Of a DNA stretch of 64,000 nucleotides, positions 59,162-64,000 are shown piece after piece. The stretch comes from a bacterium (GTDB taxonomy: Bacteria > SAR324 > XYD2-FULL-50-16). The notes under the pieces are model-generated. The model was not told the origin of the DNA, did not search any database, and worked only from the letters and a program-made list of their open reading frames with translations. Position numbers and translations under genes: made by a program. The stretch lies in contig JAVVEA010000002.1 in the NCBI GenBank assembly GCA_032250835.1, forward strand, positions 341,881-405,880, given 5' to 3'. Every line of letters starts with the position of its first letter. Within the stretch, counting starts at the first letter, position 1.

Positions 59162-61092
59162 TAAAACTCGGGCTTTAGTTTGAGTTCTGTGTAGAGATAA
59201 TCCACCAATTTTTGTACCGGCTGGCTCTCCCAGTCGGACTCGTCCACTAAGTGCAATAAATCCAGTAAAACCGAAAGACAGGCCTGGGCGTAGGCGGTGC
59301 TGCGTAAATTGATGGCCTTAAATTCTAGACCCTTTAGGCCCGGGTCTTCGGTGAGGAGTTTGCGGGAGCGGGCGTTCATGGTGGTTTCGCTGTTCTTGAC
59401 GTGCATCAAGAAACAATAGGGGTCCATGTAGGCGTCGGCCACGTCTTTGGCGTCCCGGTCGCCGCCGAGCATATTTAGGTCTTTCTCAAAATACCCGATT
59501 CCGGCGCAGAAAAGCATGGGGTCGTCACCGGGCATAGGGATCAGATAGGCGCCGTAAAACTCAGTGACCTGCGCGGAGGCTTGGGGGTGCTTAAACTCGT
59601 TGGTGACCACCTGATGTCCCGGCAGATCAGCCAAGGTTTTGATCAAGACCATAAAGGCCTCTTTAAACTGTTTGAGATTCTCTTCGTTTTTAAAGAGCTG
59701 CAGGTTCACCGCATGGCCCCGTTTGCCGCCGTCAGACATGGCTGAGCGGTAGCCCACCTCAGTGGTGGAGACACAAATATATTCCTCGGCCCGCTCCGAA
59801 AAACTCGAATCCTTTGAGATCACCCGGTATTCTTCGATGTCGTCTACCTCGGGCATTTCGTCGAATAATTCGTCTAACGGGCGCTGGGGGCGGTCTTTGG
59901 ATGGGCCGGTCAAGCCTGCTTTGAGCTTGCCCACAAATTCTTCTAAGGTTTCCACCACTTCTAAGCCAACCACCTTTAAGTCCATCACCGCGTCGTGGAA
60001 ACGCCCCAGTAAGGTGTCGTCGTTGCGCAGTCCGGCTTCATATTTGACGCGGGCCTGTTCAAAGGTCGCCTCGATGTCGTGCAGCGGGCTGTCGGCTAAG
60101 AGTTTAAGGAAGTCGCGGATGTCTTTGAGTGAAGCGTCGATGGTGGTCGGGGCCAGTTGGTCCATGAACTCGCGCTTAAATAGGTCCGTTTCGGGCTCGT
60201 CGTATGCGGTTTCGGAAATCATCTTTTCAATCAACCCTTCGGGCGGGCGCAGCTGTTCGTTGGTGTATAAGAAACAAGCGGCGACGCGGCTCATATCCAC
60301 CGATTGGACCCCTTCGACCCGTCCCGGCGTGCTTAGGTCGATCAAAAAATTCTTTAAGAAATCACTGCGCTTTTTGGCGTAGATCGGCATCATCCGGTGG
60401 CCTTGGATGTAGGCGATCAGCTTGGCGGTCTGTAGGGCCAACATACGCCCACTGACCAGGTGGGGGTTGATCGCTGCCGGGCGGTTGCGGTTGACGATAG
60501 CGCGTAGCAGGTCTAAGGAAAGGTCCGATTCGATCTTGGCGGCTTTGGCTTCGGCGAGCACAAAGTCTTGCTTGAGCAGCGTCAGTAGCTTTTCGGCCAT
60601 GTCGTAGCGGAACGCGTTGAGCGCATGCATCTGGCTGTCTTTGGTTTTTGCCTCAAACAGTTCGTCGTGTTTGGTTAGGGTGGTGATCACCGCATCGGTG
60701 CCTTTAAAAGCTGAAATAAAATTCAGCGCAATCGGGCGGATGGCGTCGTCGCCCGCAAAAATCAAGGTTTCGGCGGTGAGCGTCAAATGCTCAATATTAC
60801 CCAGGTAATTAAAGGTTTCCAGCGCGAAAAACCGCCGGCTTGGGTTGAGGTGGTTTAAGGAACGGACAGCGTCGATGAAGCATTCCTTGACCTGACGCAG
60901 TAGCTCTGCGTCTTCGGGCAATTCGTCCATCAAGGTGGTGAACCCGTCTTTGACCTCCTCAACGCTCATGGGTTCCATATCTTCGAGCAAATCCATCAAG
61001 GTCACGTCTCGGGTCTCCGAAACGATGCGCTTGCGCTTTTGCAGGCGTAAGAATTGGTCAACGGTGCGCGAAAAGTCTTGGCTGGAATTCAT
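59158..61092 (-). CDS. Hypothetical 644-aa acidic cytoplasmic protein
   Basis: Long ORF with host-like codon pattern; no motif recognised. Confidence 0.75.
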   Translation of the reverse strand: MNSSQDFSRTVDQFLRLQKRKRIVSETRDVTLMDLLEDMEPMSVEEVKDGFTTLMDELPEDAELLRQVKECFIDAVRSLNHLNPSRRFFALETFNYLGNIEHLTLTAETLIFAGDDAIRPIALNFISAFKGTDAVITTLTKHDELFEAKTKDSQMHALNAFRYDMAEKLLTLLKQDFVLAEAKAAKIESDLSLDLLRAIVNRNRPAAINPHLVSGRMLALQTAKLIAYIQGHRMMPIYAKKRSDFLKNFLIDLSTPGRVEGVQSVDMSRVAACFLYTNEQLRPPEGLIEKMISETAYDEPETDLFKREFMDQLAPTTIDASLKDIRDFLKLLADSPLHDIEATFEQARVKYEAGLRNDDTLLGRFHDAVMDLKVVGLEVVETLEEFVGKLKAGLTGPSKDRPQRPLDELFDEMPEVDDIEEYRVISKDSSFSERAEEYICVSTTEVGYRSAMSDGGKRGHAVNLQLFKNEENLKQFKEAFMVLIKTLADLPGHQVVTNEFKHPQASAQVTEFYGAYLIPMPGDDPMLFCAGIGYFEKDLNMLGGDRDAKDVADAYMDPYCFLMHVKNSETTMNARSRKLLTEDPGLKGLEFKAINLRSTAYAQACLSVLLDLLHLVDESDWESQPVQKLVDYLYTELKLKPEFY

Positions 61093-61158
61093 GGGTCCCT
61101 GATTCAGTCGGTTGAGCTTTCAGTCTAAGAGGAAAGAACCCTGAAATAAAGGGAAAAG

Positions 61159-61980
61159 TCACAGGGCCGTGCCGCAGCGCTGGCAAAACTTCGCCTCCGA
61201 CCCGTGCCCCTCGACGCCACAGCCAGGGCAGGCCCGCTGATCGACCGGGGGCCGTCCGCGCAGCGTCGCTTGGGAAAGTTCGGCGCTGACGATGCCGGTG
61301 GGCACGGCGATGATGGCATAACCTAAGATCATCACCACCGAAGCCAGGGCTTGGCCCCAAGGGGTCTTGGGCGAGATGTCCCCATAGCCGACGGTGGTTA
61401 GGGTGACGATAGCCCAATACATACTGCGCGGGATGGAGGTGAAGCCGCCTGCTTCACCTTCGATTAAGTACATCAGACTGCCTAAGATCACCACCAGACT
61501 CAAGACCCCGGCGATAAAAACCTGGATTTTACGCTGGCTGGCCTTTAGCGCCTTGGCCAAAACCTGCGCCTCGCTTAGGTGCTGGGCTAACTTAAGCACC
61601 CGAAAGACCCGGAGTACACGTAAGATGCGGATCACCAACAGGAACTGGGCCCCCGGCAAAAGCAAGGCGATGAAGGTCGGCAAGATCGCCAGAAGGTCCA
61701 CGACCCCAAAGAAGCTGGTCGCATAACGCCAGGGTTTTTGGATCGAATATAGCCGCAGCAGGTATTCTACGGTGAAGATGGCCGTAAAGACCCACTCCGC
61801 GAAGTGCAACAGGCTGTAATACTCGGCGGCGATTTCATGCACCGAATCCAACATAACCACCACGACACTGGCCAAGATACAGCCAATCAGCAGGATATCA
61901 AACCGACGCCCCGCTGGCGTATCGGCCTCAAAAATAATTTCGTATAACTGCCGCCGCAGTCCCGTCGATTCTGGCTTCAT
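61159..61980 (-). CDS. Voltage-gated potassium channel-type ion transporter
   Basis: S4 RILRVLRVFRVLK, pore TTVGYGD, C-terminal CPGC/CQRC zinc ribbon; start taken as MKPEST. Confidence 0.92.
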   Translation of the reverse strand: MKPESTGLRRQLYEIIFEADTPAGRRFDILLIGCILASVVVVMLDSVHEIAAEYYSLLHFAEWVFTAIFTVEYLLRLYSIQKPWRYATSFFGVVDLLAILPTFIALLLPGAQFLLVIRILRVLRVFRVLKLAQHLSEAQVLAKALKASQRKIQVFIAGVLSLVVILGSLMYLIEGEAGGFTSIPRSMYWAIVTLTTVGYGDISPKTPWGQALASVVMILGYAIIAVPTGIVSAELSQATLRGRPPVDQRACPGCGVEGHGSEAKFCQRCGTAL

Positions 61981-62194
61981 GGCTCCTCTGTTGGTGCGCA
62001 CCAAGCTACCACGGAGCTTCGAAGGGGGCAAGGGGGTGGGGGGTGCCGCGAGGACTTTCATTTTGATTTTATCAAAGCATCTCGGGGCCCGTAGGGCCCC
62101 GCATCCCTTAAAGGCTATTGACAATTCTATAGCAAGTTGTTAATGTAGAAAGCCTAAATAGCCTCCTTCCTTCGTCCCTTTTCCAGGCGCATTG

Positions 62195-63511
62195 ATGACC
62201 TCTAATATACTGAACCAAGAGTTTTTCTTGGACTATTTCCGAGCGGCCGAAAAGCCCCGCGACCAGTGGAAGCTTGGATTGGAGCAGGAGGTGATGGGTT
62301 ACCGGTGGAAGACCCAAGAGCGCTTGAACTATAAAGACCATGTCCTGGGGCTGTTGCATTCCTTTGAGGATCGCTTCGGCTGGAAGGGCTATTATGAGAA
62401 AGAAAACCTGATTGGCCTCAAGAAGGACGGGTCTTCGATCACCATCGAACCGGGCGCGCAGTTGGAACTGAGCATGAAGCCCATGGCCACCATTGGCGAG
62501 ATCGCCGCTGAGTTGCAAACCTACCGCGAGCAGTTGGCCATCTTGACTTCAGAGACGGATTGGACTTGGCTGAGCATGGGCTATGACCCCATCTGCCAGC
62601 CCGAACAGGTCCAATGGGTGCCTAAGGACCGCTACCGGGTGATGGGGGAATACCTGCCCGGCTTGGGCGAGGGGGCTTGGCATATGATGAAAACCACTTG
62701 CACCGCCCAGTCCAACCTAGACTACTCCTCCGAAGCCGACATGGTCGCCAAGCTGCGCGCCACCACCGCACTGGCCCCTTATGTAAACATCCTCTTTGCT
62801 ACCTCCCCTTTCTGTGGCGGCCAGCCTTCGGGCTGCAAAAGTAGGCGGGGCTGGGCTTGGCGGCATATGTCGCCCCAGCATTCGGGCTTTTTGGATTTCA
62901 TCTTTGACGAGGGATTTGGTTACCAACAATATATAGACTATATAATAAACGTTCCCATGTTGGTTTTGGAGCGTGACGGCCAGGTGATCGATACACGGGG
63001 GCTGGACTTTAAGCAGTTCATGAACGAAGGCTTTAATGGCCTAAGCCCCGCAGCGGTGGATTGGAAGGTCCAGCTGGGCGCTACCTTCCCGGTGGCGCGG
63101 TTGCGCAACGCCATCGAAACCCGTACCGCCGACGCCGGTCCGGTGCCTTTGCTTCTAGGTCAGGCGGCCTTCTGGAAGGGGTTGGTCTATGACCAGACCT
63201 CCTTGGATCGCGCTAATGCCTTGATAGAAAAGATGGGTCCCGGTTTCTTTAAGTCTCTGCACCAAGAGGCCTATTGCCAGGGGTTTGATTATCTCAAGCA
63301 ACATGCCGAAACCGAATGGATCTTAGGTGACCTGCTCGAATGGTCCCAGGCGGGCTTGGAGCGCCTAGGGGCCGACGAAGCCAAGTATCTAGAGCCCGTA
63401 CACCGCATCTTCGAGCGCAAAGAATCCATCGCCGACAGGCTGTTGGCCGGTGTAGCCCAGGGCCGCCCCTTGTTGGAACTCTTTGAAGAAGAAGCGGTGG
63501 TCTTTGTTTAA
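62195..63511 (+). CDS. gshA: Glutamate-cysteine ligase (GCS2, plant/alphaproteobacterial type)
   Basis: GLEQE, TIEPGAQLELS, PK.RY..M, MM..TC..Q.NLDY.SE.D, FP..RL...IE.R.AD. Confidence 0.88.
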   Translation: MTSNILNQEFFLDYFRAAEKPRDQWKLGLEQEVMGYRWKTQERLNYKDHVLGLLHSFEDRFGWKGYYEKENLIGLKKDGSSITIEPGAQLELSMKPMATIGEIAAELQTYREQLAILTSETDWTWLSMGYDPICQPEQVQWVPKDRYRVMGEYLPGLGEGAWHMMKTTCTAQSNLDYSSEADMVAKLRATTALAPYVNILFATSPFCGGQPSGCKSRRGWAWRHMSPQHSGFLDFIFDEGFGYQQYIDYIINVPMLVLERDGQVIDTRGLDFKQFMNEGFNGLSPAAVDWKVQLGATFPVARLRNAIETRTADAGPVPLLLGQAAFWKGLVYDQTSLDRANALIEKMGPGFFKSLHQEAYCQGFDYLKQHAETEWILGDLLEWSQAGLERLGADEAKYLEPVHRIFERKESIADRLLAGVAQGRPLLELFEEEAVVFV

Positions 63512-63567
63512 AGGCCCACTAAAGCTCCGCTGATCCAGTGGTTTAGCGAAAAGCTTCAAAAAGGTGA

Positions 63568-63596
63568 TTGACAGTCGGGCGTGACTTCGGTTTAAT
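63568..63596 (+). promoter_or_regulatory. Promoter of tRNA-Phe
   Basis: TTGACA - 17 bp - TTTAAT. Confidence 0.65.
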
Positions 63597-63611
63597 GCCT
63601 CTTTGCCTGAT

Positions 63612-63687
<76 letters not shown>

Positions 63688-63743
63688 GATCCTCCTCGGA
63701 ACCACCCGAAACAAGAAAAAGTTTCAAAAACGAAATTTTTCTC

Positions 63744-63815
63744 TTGCACGAGTAAAACGGGTTGGGTATTCTGACTGAGTTTGCTGGAAACAGCGAAAGG
63801 TTCATTGACAACAGA
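63744..63815 (+). promoter_or_regulatory. rRNA operon promoter and boxA-like antitermination site
   Basis: TTGCAC - 17 bp - TATTCT, then GTTCATTGACAAC at about 63800. Confidence 0.55.
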
Positions 63816-63967
63816 ATAAGGTTGGAAACAAGAAACCGCAAAGTAGCGGAGTCTTAGTTTGGCTGGGCCTTCGGGCTTAGTTGAATTACTGATTTCCGTC
63901 GATTCGAGTTTTTGTAAATATCGATCTCGCTAGAGTGAGATCTTTCAGTTGAGGGGCTTCGGCCCCA

Positions 63968-64000
63968 TAAATTGAGAGTTTGATCCTGGCTCAGAACGAA
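63968..64000 (+). rRNA. rrs: 16S rRNA, 5' end (truncated by the window)
   Basis: AGAGTTTGATCCTGGCTCAG (27F site) at 63975-63994. Confidence 0.95.

Overview
Bacterial chromosomal window, GC-rich, from a Gram-negative organism (lpxK, GT9, MltA). A deltaproteobacteria-like lineage is only my guess from gene content and the 16S 5' end. Most of the window is housekeeping: a large P-loop protein running off the left edge (missed by the ORF track), RNase II, coaD, rdgB, pckA, a complete alternative complex III operon, mnmH-lpxK-cysE, a chemosensory cluster with no chemoreceptor gene, psd-ftsH-pyrE-purC, ispB-mltA, gshA, tRNA-Phe and the start of a 16S rRNA gene. Two accessory zones stand out. (1) About 3650-9660, downstream of tRNA-Sec (selC): small genes (TA pair, TM2 protein, decayed TA, hybrid kinase) are separated by at least seven copies of a short CTGTC(A/C/G)(C/T)C(T/A/G)GA motif that also bounds local duplications. 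This zone also holds a tRNA-Gly 3' fragment and arm-like repeats. (2) 54614-57303: a four-gene Mu-phage-derived module (Mu-type DNA-binding/S24 repressor divergent from DUF3164, lysozyme and a Mor activator) around a TACTTCA repeat array, with no transposase or virion genes. All calls come from reading the sequence and recognising motifs; no database search was run.
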